Shown piece after piece: positions 26,840 through 40,003 of a stretch of DNA of 64,000 bases. Every line of letters starts with the position of its first letter. Within the stretch, counting starts at the first letter, position 1. The DNA comes from Geosiphon pyriformis uo1 (Eukaryota > Fungi > Glomeromycota). The translations under genes and the position numbers were made by a program. The notes below the pieces were generated by a model. The model saw only the letters and a list, made by a program, of their open reading frames with translations. It was not told where the DNA came from and did no database searches. The stretch is from the NCBI GenBank assembly GCA_016748015.1, contig JAAOMT010000289.1:631639-695638 (forward strand), given 5' to 3'.

Positions 26840-29360
26840 CAAGCATGGGCTTGTTATAGATTGAAAAATCTTTCAATATTAAAAAAAATTAAGTTCTAAA
26901 GATTCAGTCTCAGTTTAATTTAATAAGGCTTTTGTATACATAAATAATCAGCTGTTGGATTCTAATAGAATTGCTACTGATCTGAAAGGATTTAATCTCC
27001 TTTGTTCTGCAAAGTTTTTGGAGATTCATAAGTATTTGCATAAGATTTGAATAGAAGAAATCAATGTTTACATGAATAGTTCTCTGAGGAGTCTGGGTAT
27101 TAAGAACATAGCTTATGGAATAGCTGCTTATTTTTCTGAAATTAAGTTGGGTGTTAGTATTAGAGTGCAGAGCTTTTTGTCCTCTATATTGTCTAAAATT
27201 TATGTGATTGTTCTAACATTAGAGTGCATTCTTTTATCTTGTTTAATTGTCTTATATACAGACAGCCAGACAGTCTTAGCCATGTGTTTGTTAGAATATG
27301 AACTGAACCAGCCTGACTTTCAAAATAAATTTTGGGTAGAGAGGCATCATATTGCTAATTTAATCAAATCTAAAAACATTTCAGTAAGATAGATAAAGAT
27401 AAAAGGGCATTTAGGTATCATTAATAATAACCAAACAAATGTTTTTACTTGTGCTGTTTCACAATTGAATGTTTTTTTTCCTATTAGAATTAATGAGAAG
27501 TTTTTTTTGGCTAATGGACAACCAGTCTTAAGTAATGCTCATTACTTTATCTGTGATGTTTACTATGTTATAAGTAGTGCTATGTGGAAGGTTGGGCCTA
27601 GTGTAAATGTTTTGGTCAGTTCAGTCATAAAGCCATAGATTAAGGGTGCACTGTTTCAGTTTAGCATCCAGATTTTTACATGTTAACCAGATTTACTAGT
27701 AAAAAGTTAGCTTCTTTGCATACATATTTGATAAAAACTGTACACAGAAAATTGTCTGTGGTTATTTAAAAATGGTTATATGACAAGAGTTATTCAAGTG
27801 TTTTGTGTTTGATATATAAAGATATAGAAGTATCTAATTATGTTTTTTATTGCTTCATAGAGGCCTTAATACATTTTAATATTGTTTTTTATCATATTAA
27901 ACTGTATATATTATTGGTAAAGAATTGTTTTTTTGTATTCTTTTTGGTATTAAATACACTTTCTAAAGCCACTGATGTTGGTATGTATGTTGTTACAGGT
28001 GAGTATTTCTACTGTTGAATTAAATAACAAACCTGTAACTTGGTGCTCAAAAGCTACTTCTATTGATAAAGTTCTGCAAGTGTTGTATTTGAAGGTTTTG
28101 ATGGAGTCCTTTGTATAATAGACAGAGATTCAATAGTGTCGATAGTAGATGTATTTTTTTAAGAGTTTTCCCAATTTCTTTCTCAGCTTGGTGGCTGGAT
28201 TTAGTCTGGCAGTTGTGCCCTTCTGGTAAGCTATCCGATAATATATAAAATCCTACCCTTATTTCTGGGTCTTTTACCAGGCTATTCTTGACATCAATAA
28301 CTCAGTGCTTAATCTTTTAATCAATTAGTATACAACAACAAAATCAAAGAAAGAAAGAAAATAAAATAAAGAAAAGAAAATAAAGAGAAATAGAGACAAT
28401 AAGCCAAGGCAATTTGGTATGTTAATATTCTGTCAATAGCCATGATCAAGAGCTATTGTTCCAGTATGGTTAAGTATCAATTATTATCAACATGAAGTGT
28501 TGATAGTAGAGAGTGGGTTGAGATATAGAATAATTATTTATTTGATGATTGGGAACTGGAATGTTGCTTAGATTAAATCTAAACTGAGAGGTTTGTTTTT
28601 TCAGCTTTTAATCCTACTGCTATATATATATAATTGAGATTCTTCAATTCTTCAATTCTTTGCGACAGGAATCCTGCAATTCTTGATGAAAGGAATCCTG
28701 GAATTCTGGAATCTTGCAATTCTTCATTGGGGAATCCTGAAATTTCTGGAATCCTGCAATTTCTCTGAGAGGAATTCTGAAATTCCATATTTACTACGTC
28801 TACTTCTGATTGGCTAATATCTACTGACTAATAATACTATATTTTCTATATTCTATGAGTAACAATGCTGCTTTATGCAAAGGCTTTGTATTTAGGAGTT
28901 GGGTCAAAGAAGTAGTTTCTGTGTTTTATGATAAGAGGAAGACTGTATTATCAATTATTGATTTTGTTCATTATATGGCTGAAAACCACTAGGTTAGATT
29001 ATGATTATTGAGATCTAAGTTTAAGACTAATATGAAAAAATGTGGTCTGATTCATGATACAGATGAATTTTTTATCCAGTGCATAGCTTATCTGTCATGC
29101 TTTTTAAAGATATTGTTTGTATGCTTGATATAATTGAATCTTTTACTGTTAGTTTTGGTTCATGAAAATAGTGTTTATTTTTTTTAAGTTTAGATGTTGA
29201 TAAAGAGATTGTTATAAGTGTATAGTGTTGTCTTAATTGGTCCAAGTGGCTGATTACATGTTGTTAATGCATGAATCACATTTAGTTTGATTTATTTTGT
29301 TTTGTTTCTGTATACTAGATAGTAGTTAGACTGTACTCATTAAATAATTAAAAAAAAAAG
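26840..29360 (+). mobile_element. LINE copy C, 5'-truncated (RNase H, Cys/His region, 3' UTR, poly-A)
   Basis: ORF 27072-27392 aligns to the RNase H at 38650-39000 (YTDSQ, WVERHHIANLIKSK). The 3' UTR at 29224-29345 is followed by an A tract. Confidence 0.85.
27991..28864 (-). mobile_element. Solo LTR of the dUTPase-Gypsy family inserted in LINE C
   Basis: Reverse-complement match to LTR 40004-40857, including the GGAATTCCAG repeats. TGTTA...TAACA termini. TSD ATGT/ATGC. Confidence 0.9.
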
Positions 29361-30344
29361 ATATAATTGTTTTTAATAAATTAATATTAAACAAAAATAG
29401 TTAATATATTTTGGTTTTATTAAATATAATTAGTTAATTATAAAATTAGATTTTAAAATATTATTTTTAATTATAAGTTTTTTTGAATTTTTTACAAATT
29501 TAATTGTATAATATAGTTTTAATTGACTTAAATAACTGGTTATATATAAATAAATACATAAATTATATTTAATTTAAAATATTTATTTGTTGCTTAATAT
29601 TAATTAATAGTTAAATTATATTTATTATGTATTATTACTTAAATAAAAAATAATAATAATAATATTATTATTATTAAATTAACTAAGTAAATATTAAAAT
29701 AATATAATAATAATAAATTTAAAATACCAAAAAAATATTAAAAATATTAAAAATACTAAAAATAATTATAAAATAACTATAAAATAAATAAAAATATAAA
29801 AATATTTTATATTACTAATAATATAATTTAGTTAACAAAAAAAATATTTAATAATTAAACAAAAGAATTAAAAATTATATATATCTTTAAATTAATATTA
29901 TCTTAAATAAATAAATTAAAAATACTATTATTATTATTAAATTTATTAACAATTAAATTATATTAACAAATAACAAAACTATAATTACTAATTTTATTAT
30001 TTTAAATCAATAACTTTTAATTATAACTATTTGTAAATAATTATTTTTTTAGTTTATTTTTTTGTTAAATAAATTTGTTAAAAAAAATATAATATTAAAT
30101 TATAAATAATCTAATAAAAATACATATTATAAATATAAAATTAACTTATTAAAATTTAATAATTTACCAAAAAACAAAAAATACCAAAATAATCTGTTAA
30201 AAAAGACAAAAAAATTAAATATTAAAAGTTATTAAATTATTGTATTTTTGTTTTTTATATAAAAAATTTCATTAAAAATTTTTAAATTAACAAAATTTTT
30301 ACATTTATTTATTATATAACAACATTAAATTATAAATTAAAGTT

Positions 30345-32600
30345 TAATGAGCAAGATCCAACCACTATCTAATACAATATGACTACATAGGGTCTTAAAT
30401 TAAATGTGATTCATGTGTTTTCTACATATAACCAGCTATTCAAGCCAGTTCAAGCTATACTACATTGAAGCTTCTAAAAAAAATTTACCCAAAGCTGACA
30501 TCTTTTGAACAACAAAAAACAAAGTAACACTACAAGAAACCAATCCAACCAGCCACTCAGTTGTTTTTAAGCCATCAGATTTAACATCAATAGGTTCATG
30601 TTCTTAAAGAGATATCAGATTAGAGAACACTTCATCATCCAAATCAACTGAGTGCTCTGAATTACCAGACATGTCTATATCTTCCATGCAGCACTTCTTC
30701 TTTAATAAGACCACTTTCTTTTCCAACTTACCAACAACTTTACTAAAAGAACCCATATGCACCATAATCTCATTAATTTTAAGGCCAAGCTTGCTGTTTA
30801 AGACCAAATTACTATTGATAAATTGTTCAAACAATTTGACTAAAGAACCAACTGGCTTAACAATAGACTCAACCAAAGCAGAAAGCTTAGTTAAATCAGA
30901 TTCCAAAGAAGACAATCAGGACAGCACCATGAGATTACCAATAACAACTGAAGAAGATATGAGAGATGACAGAGATAGAAATTCAGATAAGCCCAAAGAA
31001 GCAAATGCTTTGACATAAGACATGGAACCAACAAAGCAGGGTGTAAACATCTTAGGAGACTTGAGAGGAAGAGACAGAAAAACCTTACAGTTAGCAGCCA
31101 AATAGTCCAATTCTTGACACTTAAAACAATGCCAACAACCAGGAGTTTCCCATTAGATATGGCACTTTTTTAGTGTACCAGTTTTGATAATAGCAAAGTT
31201 CAAATCAGCTTGAAAGCCAAATGTAACCAGAGCAAAATGAAGATGATGACCAGAATCAGAAAACTGAGGAATGAAACAAGTTCAACCACCAACCTGAGAA
31301 ACCATATTACTGATTTAAAAGACAGTGCAGCCAGGAGAAAAGTTAACCAACTTGGCCTTAAATTTATCACAAGACACAATTGTTTTTTGTTGATTCATAA
31401 AAAGAAGAATTTGAACACTATCTTTGCCCACCAAAACTGACCAGTAATTGAGGGCAGATGTAGCAGCATCCAAACTCTCAAAATGAACCATCACATATTG
31501 CCAAATACCAGCAGGTTTCATCACAACATAAGAGACACCACCAAACACACCAAGAGCTGTCTTAATGTCAATAGCAGATACACTTAAGGGCACATCATAC
31601 AGCACAACAACAGCAGAAAGAGAACCAAACTCAGAAACCACCAAAAACTTGGCAATTTTGAGAGTGACCAAATGTATAGAGTTTGTAAGCTCAACCAAAA
31701 AAACAGCATTCAAAGAACTTTGGGAAACAAACTCCATATGGAAGAGTTTTATATTGTTCTTAGAAACAGATCTTGTATCCAGAAAACCATGTACAAACTG
31801 GAACACAGTCTTAACATGAGCCAGTTTGATCTTAAAAGTAGCACCAAGCACTAGAGTAAAGACCACCCACCCAGCAAATTTTTAATAACTAACAATAGTT
31901 TTTCAAGCACCACCAGAAGTAGCACCAGAAACCAGAGGAAGAGATGATTCAGTTTCCATCTGATCAGTCCAGTTTTTAAGAACAGATGACCCAACAGAAG
32001 ATAGTTGTTTTGCTTCTAAAATCGGCAATGATCTGCCAGAAGACACCACATTTGGCAACACAGTTAGTGGTCGATCTTGGCCTATCTTGGATGATGTGCT
32101 GAATAATACAACAGAGATCTTATTTGAGATCTCATCTGAAACCACAAAGGGATTCAGTGTAATAATAGCAGAGATAAGTGACTGCCCCACTTTTCTGAAC
32201 TTTTGGTCTTTTTGACCATTTTTTTTAAAGAAGAGGTGCTAGCAGCACCTAATGTTGAAGCTATGATAGGGAAAACCAGTTTGTTAACTAATCTGTTATT
32301 AAAAATTTTTGGGCTCTTTGAAGGGGTAGAGGCAACACTAGGACTAATCCAAGTGTGTCTCTTTGAGAGAACTTTGACTGGTGAGAAACCAGCCAAAGAT
32401 GAAGAAGTTGCTTCAGTGGCTACTAAAGGCAGTTTATTATGATTACTGAGTAAAGAAAAGGCTTTTAAAACATTTTGCCTAGTTGCTTCTACAACAGAAA
32501 GAGCTCTTCTGGTTGAAATTTTATTAAATATTTCAAGACAGATATCAAGTGCAGCTTTTTTACTCTTTGCTCTGGTTGTGATCATAAAATTAAAGAAACA
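30345..32600 (-). mobile_element. ORF1-only non-autonomous retroelement (HAL1-like): RRM-like domains, CCHC knuckle, coiled-coil, LINE-type 3' tail
   Basis: ORF fragments 32585-30475 join into ~700 aa with one frameshift (~32190) and point stops: VVLYDVP...VFGGV..VVMKPAGIWQYVMVHF...WSVLVGKDSV, then CFKCQELDYLAANC. No APE/RT is present. 30345-30470 matches the LINE 3' UTR. Confidence 0.8.
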
Positions 32601-33346
32601 AAGAACTATTTAATTATATTATATTATAAAAAATTATTTAAAAAAATTATTTATAATAATATAATAAAAAATATTTAATTATAAATAAAAATGGTTTTTT
32701 TTATTTAAATAACAATAATAATAATAGATTTATTAAAATAAATACAAATTTTATTTGGTTATATAATATAATATATTTATTTAAATTAATTATTACTAAT
32801 TATAAAAATTAAACAATTTGTGTTTTAAAATTTTTTTGTTTTTTAATATTATAATTAATAAAAAATAGAGTAAATAATTTTTGTTTTAATATTTAATCTA
32901 TTTTTAAAAATTAAATTAAATTATTTAATTGTTATTTAATTTTGTTAATCTTAGATTAAATTTTTAACTTTTTATATAAAACTAAGTATTTTAAAAAACT
33001 TTAAAGTTTTTAATCTTAAATTAATAATTAAACTATTATTTTTTTTTGCTTAAATAATAATAAAATTAAAACAGTAAAAAACTATTTTTTTGTAATATTA
33101 AAGTATTTTGTTTTTTTAGTATCTTTAATTATAATAAAATTTGAATTTTTTAATAAAAAATAAAGCTTTGGTTTTTTTGGTTATGTAATATTAATAATAA
33201 TTATAATATTTAGTTTTATTATAACCATAAACATTTTTTTTTTTCGTACATCCCAAATTCTCCAAAAAACACAATTTTGAAAGAAGTTTTTTTGTTTTTT
33301 CTATCTGTTTTATTTTACTATTTCTTTTATACACAACTCATTTGTT

Positions 33347-35254
33347 GTGGATATAGAGACTGCCTTTAGTGGCAGTTTGTCAAGTTTGAAGGCTCCTTTG
33401 AATGCTTCTTCTAGTCCTGTTGGTGGCTTTTTTTCACAAAAGAAAAGGGTTTCTCTTCGCAATGTCAAGCATTCTGGTGTTAAAAGTGGTGTTTCTTTGG
33501 CCAATCCTTATTCTGATGGGGGCATGTACTCTGATATGGAAAGTGATTCTAGTAGTAGTATTGTTAATAAAGTTCTGGTCAATAGTAGTGATAAGTCTTT
33601 TCTTGGTTCAGCAGCTACAACTTCTAAGGCAAAGAGAGTTAAAAATAATTTGGCCTGTGGTGCCTCTCTTGGTTCTCTGGATTATGACATAGATGATGAT
33701 GATAGTGGTTTCCTCCCTCTCCCTCTTGGTATTTCCTTGGAAAAAAAGTGGTTAAATTCTAAAATAATCAAAACTCAGGTGGAAGTTGCTGTGAAAAAAT
33801 CTTTTGCTCTGGACATTAGTCTCTTAGCTGTGGAAGGCAAATTGGCTATGGCCAAAACTCAAGTCATCAGAAAATTGTTTTTGAAAATCAATGGTTTTGG
33901 GGGGGCCACTACCTTCTCAAAATTTGAAGAGATCATCTGATCAACGTTTATTTCATCAGAAAGCATAGAAAAGGCTACATCATTGGCCAGAGAAAATAAC
34001 ATCATTGTAAACAGTGATCTTAAGAGACAAGGAATTCACTCAGATTGGGCCGTAGTAATCAAGGAAATTCCCATGGATACACCAAAGAAAATGATCATCG
34101 CCACAGTATTTGAGTTTGAAGAAATTAAGTCGATCAAAATCCAGTTAATTGGTTTATGGCAAAAGGCTGTGGTGGAATTCGCCAAACTGGAACAGGCTGT
34201 GTCTTTGGCTGCTAGGTGGTCCTTCCTGATTGGTAAAGACTCAGTTTGTGTGGCTATAACAGTAGGCGATTGTGAAACTTGGGCATCTAGAGATTGGTTC
34301 AGGGCACTTTTGTTTACTTTGCCAGTAGAAACTACTGCTCATGATCTTGAGAATCTTCTTGAAAGGGCTGGTGGAAAAACTTGTGTCATAAATTGGTCAT
34401 TGGAGACTGGTAATAGGGTCCGCTGTGCTGTTGTTTGTTTTGATTCTGATGAGGTTTTGGAGTCAGCTTTTCGCACAGAGCCAATCTTTGGTGGTGTAAA
34501 ACTCTCATGGGCTAGACTGGATTTGGTTCACTGTAAACAGTATGAGAAGTTCAGTTATTCTGCCTTGAAATGTGATGCTGAGGTTGCATCAGCTCTCAAA
34601 TCTTCAAAGTTTTTTATAAGGCTTGTCAACCTAAATACTCGTCTCCAGCTGGCCAAATTGTATGCAAAGAAAAATATACTAATCTCTCGTCCTGTTGTCT
34701 TTGGTGGCAAATTTTGGGCTCAAGTGGTCTCAGTTGCTTCAGTCTCTCATGGTTTTTGTGCTGGTTCTGGTTCCAGTTCCTCACCTTTCAGTGCTTTGAG
34801 TTCAGGTGGAGCACTTCCCCCTCTATCTGTGGTTAATTCTCCTTTGAATGCTCACTTAGCACTTCTAAAACGCTCTGTGGAGCTTTTGTCTGATCAAATT
34901 TCGAACATTCTTTTTCGTCTTGACAATATTGGTTCGGCACCCTTGGTGCCTTCCTCTCAAATGGTTCCTTCTGTGGTTGTTTCTCAGTTCCCAATCTCAG
35001 TTCCTCTTGTGGTTGCTAACTCTGACTTGGATTTTAACATGGCAGTTGATGATCTTTTTGTCCAGCCTACTTCTTTCTCTCCAGGTGTTACCAATTTGCT
35101 CTTGGGTCTGAGTAGTTCCAAAGTCTTGACTTCCAAAGTTGGTGGTCTGGAATTGAAGTTGGTTGCCTTTGACATCTTTATTGGTTCGATTTTGGCTAAG
35201 TTAGATCAGTTGTGTGCTGGCTCAAGTTCTTCAGTTATCTCTTTATTACAATGA
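33347..35254 (+). pseudogene. LINE ORF1 (RRM-like domains, degenerate zinc knuckle, C-terminal coiled-coil)
   Basis: ORFs 33347-33940 and 33983-35254 share a frame, split by one TGA. Motifs AVVIKEIP...KAVVEF...WSFLIGKDSV and HCKQYEKFSYSALKC. Confidence 0.85.
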
Positions 35255-38200
35255 CCAGTTTTATTTGGAAAATTGCCATGTGTAATGTTAGGGGAATGAA
35301 CAATCCTACAAAACAGGAGGACATTTTTTGCTGGCATAAGGAGTCTGGTAGTTTGACCTCGATTGTCACAGAAACCAAGTTGTGTTCCAGTTCACAACCA
35401 TGGATCATGAAAAGGTTTGAGGGTGTTCAGGTTTTTACGTCTGGTCTGGATGTTGGGTTTTGTGGGGCTAATATGGCCATTTTTGTAAACAATTCTCTGG
35501 CTCGTTATGTTTCCAAAGTCGAGAAAGTAAAGGGCAGAGTTCTTTCAATTTGTCTTTTGTTCAAGAACAAGCTTTCTGTGTCTGTCATTGGGTTTTATGC
35601 CTGTGCATCTGGTGGTGACCATTTTGCTCAAACTTCTATTATTAATGCATTTATTGCTAATATTGTCAACAAAAGTTCTTTTGTTGTTTTGGGTGAGGAC
35701 TTCAATAAAGACAATTCAGTCAAGGGAGTGAGTCTTAGAAAATGTTTAGGTTTGGGTCTAGTTAATGTTTTTAGTGGCCACTTTCTAGCTAAGATTCCTA
35801 CTTGGAGTAATTCAAGAAGTGTTAGCAAGGTTTTAGACTACATTCTAATTAGTAACTCTTTGATTTCAGCTGTTGTGGATTGTGATATTAGTTCTGTTTC
35901 GGAATTTTTTAACACAGATCACTTGGCTGTCTCAATGTCTATTGGGCTGGGTGGTCTTCTGGATGCTCATTTGAACAGCATCCACAAGCATGTTAATAAA
36001 GATTGCTGGAAGTTTAAGATTAAGGATGCTGATGAAAAAAAGTGGGCATGTTTCAAAGAACTTTCTGAGTGTGCGTTTTTGGGTTCTCTGGATAGGTTTA
36101 AGATGGCTGAGGATGGTGGCAACTTGGATAGAATGTGGGAAGTGCTGGCTGAAGCCATGACTGCTTCTGCTAAAGAAAATTTTTCAAGACATTGGTATAG
36201 TGAGTTTGATTGTGCTAAGAATAGACTTTCTTCTAAATTTTCCAGGTTAGAGCTGTTGGTTGCCAAGTTATTAAAAGTGCTGAAACTGGATGATACATTG
36301 GGCTTTAATTGTCTGGCTGATACTTGGTTTAAAGTTGACCCTTCCGAAGCTTCCAAAGTTCTTGGTATGGTTGGGGATGGTGTGAGTTCTGCTGGCTTGA
36401 TAAGTCATCTTTTAAAGGTTAGAAAGCAATATAGAAAGTCCAAATATTATGAATCTGAGGTGGCCAAAAGATCTGTTATTATGACACGATTGATAAGTGT
36501 ATGAAAAAGTTTGATATAGACAAAGGTAGGATGATTCAGAGCATCTTGGAGTGACTCTTTTGCAAAGTTGTTCTGGATCATTTGGTTGTTGGTAATTCTC
36601 TTATTTTGGAACCTAATGAAGTGAAGCTCAAAGTGGATGACATCATGGTTAATTGGACCAGAAAGTGGAATGCTCTTCCTGTTCTGTCTGGTCCTTGGGC
36701 ACAACAATATGTTCCTTTGGCTTATGTTAATGATGGTGCCTTTAGTCTGGTCATGTGTGATATTACCATGTGTGAGATGTCTTTAGTTATAAGCAATCTT
36801 CCTGATGGCAAAGCTGCTGGTTTGTCTGGTATCACCAATGAACTTTGAAAACATGCTGGCTGTTTGGTTTTGAAGTGTTTGTTATCTTTGCTGAACTTTT
36901 GTTTGTGTTTTGGTAATGTTTTGGTCTGTTGGAAAGAGATCTGGATGTCTATGATTCCTAAGCCTTATGATTGGAATGGCATTTTGTCGAATACATGGCC
37001 AATTGCACTGATTAAAATGGCCAGAAAGATTCTGTCAAAAGTACTCTCAGACAGGATCTCTCTTGCTTGTAGTGAGTTTGATGTTCTCCATGATAACAAC
37101 TTTTCTGTCCTCAAAAGCACTTCCACTCAGTTACCAATTTCAGCTGTGGGTTCAATTGTGGAGGATGTTTTGGAAAAAGGTTGTGAACTTTGGCTGGTTC
37201 TTTAAGACATGTGCAAAACATATGACTCTATTAGTTGGCCTCATTTGGAAGCTAGTTTATGCTATATCAAAATGTGTGGCAAGTTCATCGAGTTTTTTGG
37301 CAACATTCACAACAATCGCTTCAACAGAATCATAACAGATTTTGGCCTTTCTGATGAATACAAAGTTCTTGATGGTTTAGATCAGGGTGAAGTTTTCTCA
37401 CCTCTTTTATGGAGAATTTTTTACGACTTTTTGTTATGTAAAGTTGCGAGACAAGATCATTTGTGTGGTTATTGGATCAATTCAAACTTTGTAACAAAAA
37501 CTGGAAGGATTGAGACTAGTGGGGGTATAATGTCTTTTTTCGTGGCTGGTGCCTTTGTCGATGACACTATTTGGGTGGAAAATGGGCAAGCCTCTACACA
37601 GCATATTTTTAATGTGGCCAGTGAGTTTTTCCTCATTAATAACATTAACATAAACAATGAAAAGATGGTTGCCATTCTTATCAACAAGAGAGTGGGGGTT
37701 CCTGTTTTATCCATCAATGGCCAGGCTATCGCTGTTGCCAATCCTGATGTGAGTTATTAATATTTGGATATTTTCTTGTCCACTGATGGTTTGTCTAAGC
37801 CAAGTCTTGCCAAAGCCAATTCAGATATTAGGTTCTTCTCAAATATGGTTCTCTGGAAGGCTGTCTCTGATAAACAATTCTTTTATCTGGTTTCAGCTGT
37901 TTTGCAGCCCATAGTCAGTTATTAGACACAGTTTAATTTTGTTTTCAAAGCTGTTTGTCTAAAATGTGACGTTCTAATTAGAAAAAATCTTAGGTTGAAA
38001 GCCAATTTGCCGAGAAACTTTCCCAATAAGGCATTGCACCATTCCTCTTTTTATGGACTGAAATTTTTTGAACAGTTGCAAACTAAATGCAAGATAGCTT
38101 TTATTGTGCAATTTGCAAATTCTTCTGAAATTCTTGGCTGCCTGTTCGAACATCAATTTTTGGATTTGCAGATTTTGTGCTGGATTCTGCTGAATCCTCT

Positions 38201-39935
38201 TCAATATCCTGTTAGGCTAAGAGTAAACACTTCAAACAATTTTCTAGCAGGTATGGTTCATATATTTCTTGAAAACAAGCTGTCTTTGTATAACAGGCTT
38301 TCCTGTGCTTTTCACTCTCCTGGCCATTTCCCAATGTCATTGGTATTGGGTGATCCTTTGTATTTGAATGTGGTTTGCTCCTTGAAAATTGCTGGTGTGG
38401 CATATGGTAACTAACTTCTAGACAAAAATGGTTCTGTTGTTAGTTGGCATACATTTCACCAATGGAAAAGACTTGGTTCTAGAGGCCCTGTGCTTTTATG
38501 GTTTTTAAAGGCCTCCACTCACTTAAATAGTTGTTTGCATGCTCCTCCTCCTGCAAGTTTAGCTTCTGTCTGTGCTAGTGTTTTAGATTCGACGTTTTTT
38601 GCCGATATTTGTAAGGAGATTTATGGATTGTGGGCTGATGGGATTGATGTTTATACTGACAGTTCTCTTAAAGGCTTGGGTATGTTTTAGGTGGTGTGTG
38701 GTGCTGCCGCTTATTTTCCTAGCTTGAACAAAGATTTAGGGGTGGAGATACATGATGTGCTGTCTTCGACCCTGGCTGAATTACAGGCTGTTGTCCTGGT
38801 TCTGGAGTGTGTTCCTGCCTCTGTTTTAGTGGCTTTACACACAGATAGTCAAGCGGCTATTGATACATGTGTGGCCAAATTGGGTCTCTTACAGCTGGAT
38901 TGTCGCAATAGTTGCTGGATAGAAAGGCACCATGTGGTTGATTTGATTAAATCCAAAGATCTGACTGTTCACTATATCAAAGTCAAAAGTCATGCTGGCA
39001 TTGCTAGTAATGTTATGACTGACATTTTTGCTGAACAAGCTGCACACTCTAGGGTCTCTCTCCCTGCCAGAATTAATTGTAGATATGTGATTGCTAATAG
39101 TAAGCCAGTTTTTGGTAATGTCCACCATTTTGTACATGACATTTTTCATTCCATTTGCAAGTTTCAGTAGGAGGTGGGTCCTGGCCAAGGAGTTTTGTCT
39201 TGTTTGTTTGGTCTGGTTGTCGATTGGAATAATACTGCTCTAGTTTGGCACCCTGACTCTCATATGCTCTCTGGGAGTATGTGTTGAGCCACTGCTGCTC
39301 TTTGTACATACTTCATGAAGGCTGTTCATTTCAAGTTGCCTGTTGCTGTTCAAAAGAGGCTGTATAATAAAGATTACTCTGGTGTGTCATGTCTATTTTG
39401 TGGTGATGTGGAACTCTCCAATCACAGCTTTACTTGTGTTAAGGATGTTTTTGTGCGGTCAGATATTTTGGGTGACTTTGGTGGTTTGTGGAAAACTCTG
39501 ATGGGTCTTGATCTACTGTCACTGTCTTTTGTGTTGTGAGATCTCTTTCTGGGAATGTCTGATGTTGGTTTGTATTTGGTTTTTTGCAAGGAATTTGTTC
39601 TCAAAAGTTGGATGGATGAGACCATTGCTTCTCTCGGTAACAAGAAGAAAGCAGCCTTTGTGGTAGTAGATTTTGTCCATCATTTGGCTGAGAGTCATAG
39701 GATAAATCTCTGGCTTTTTAGAACTAAGTTCAGGTCTGACATGAAGAGGAGTGGTTTGATTAGTAATGATGTTGTTGTGGCCAGTGCTCCTAGTGTGGGT
39801 GCTCTGTCTCTCTCAGCTGGCATGGTCTGTCTTACTGGTGTGTTGGATTCTCTTGATGTCAGTTTCAGTTTTAGGAATAGGTTCTTGTTTTTGTCTGGTG
39901 CTGTTTATAGGGTTAGTGTTTCTATAAGTGTGTAA
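35251..39935 (+). pseudogene. LINE ORF2: APE endonuclease, reverse transcriptase, RNase H, Cys/His motif
   Basis: APE: CNVRG, TETK, GEDFN, LDYI, TDH. RT: PDGKAAG, IPKP, QGEVFSP, FVDD. RNase H: VYTDSS, AELQA, TDSQAAI, KVKSH. Then CLFC...H...C. One frameshift (~36480) plus point stops. Confidence 0.93.
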
Positions 39936-40003
39936 TGTTGCCTTGATTGGCTCGAGTGGCTGGTCACATGTAGCAAATACATGAACCATGTTTAATTGGC
40001 TAC

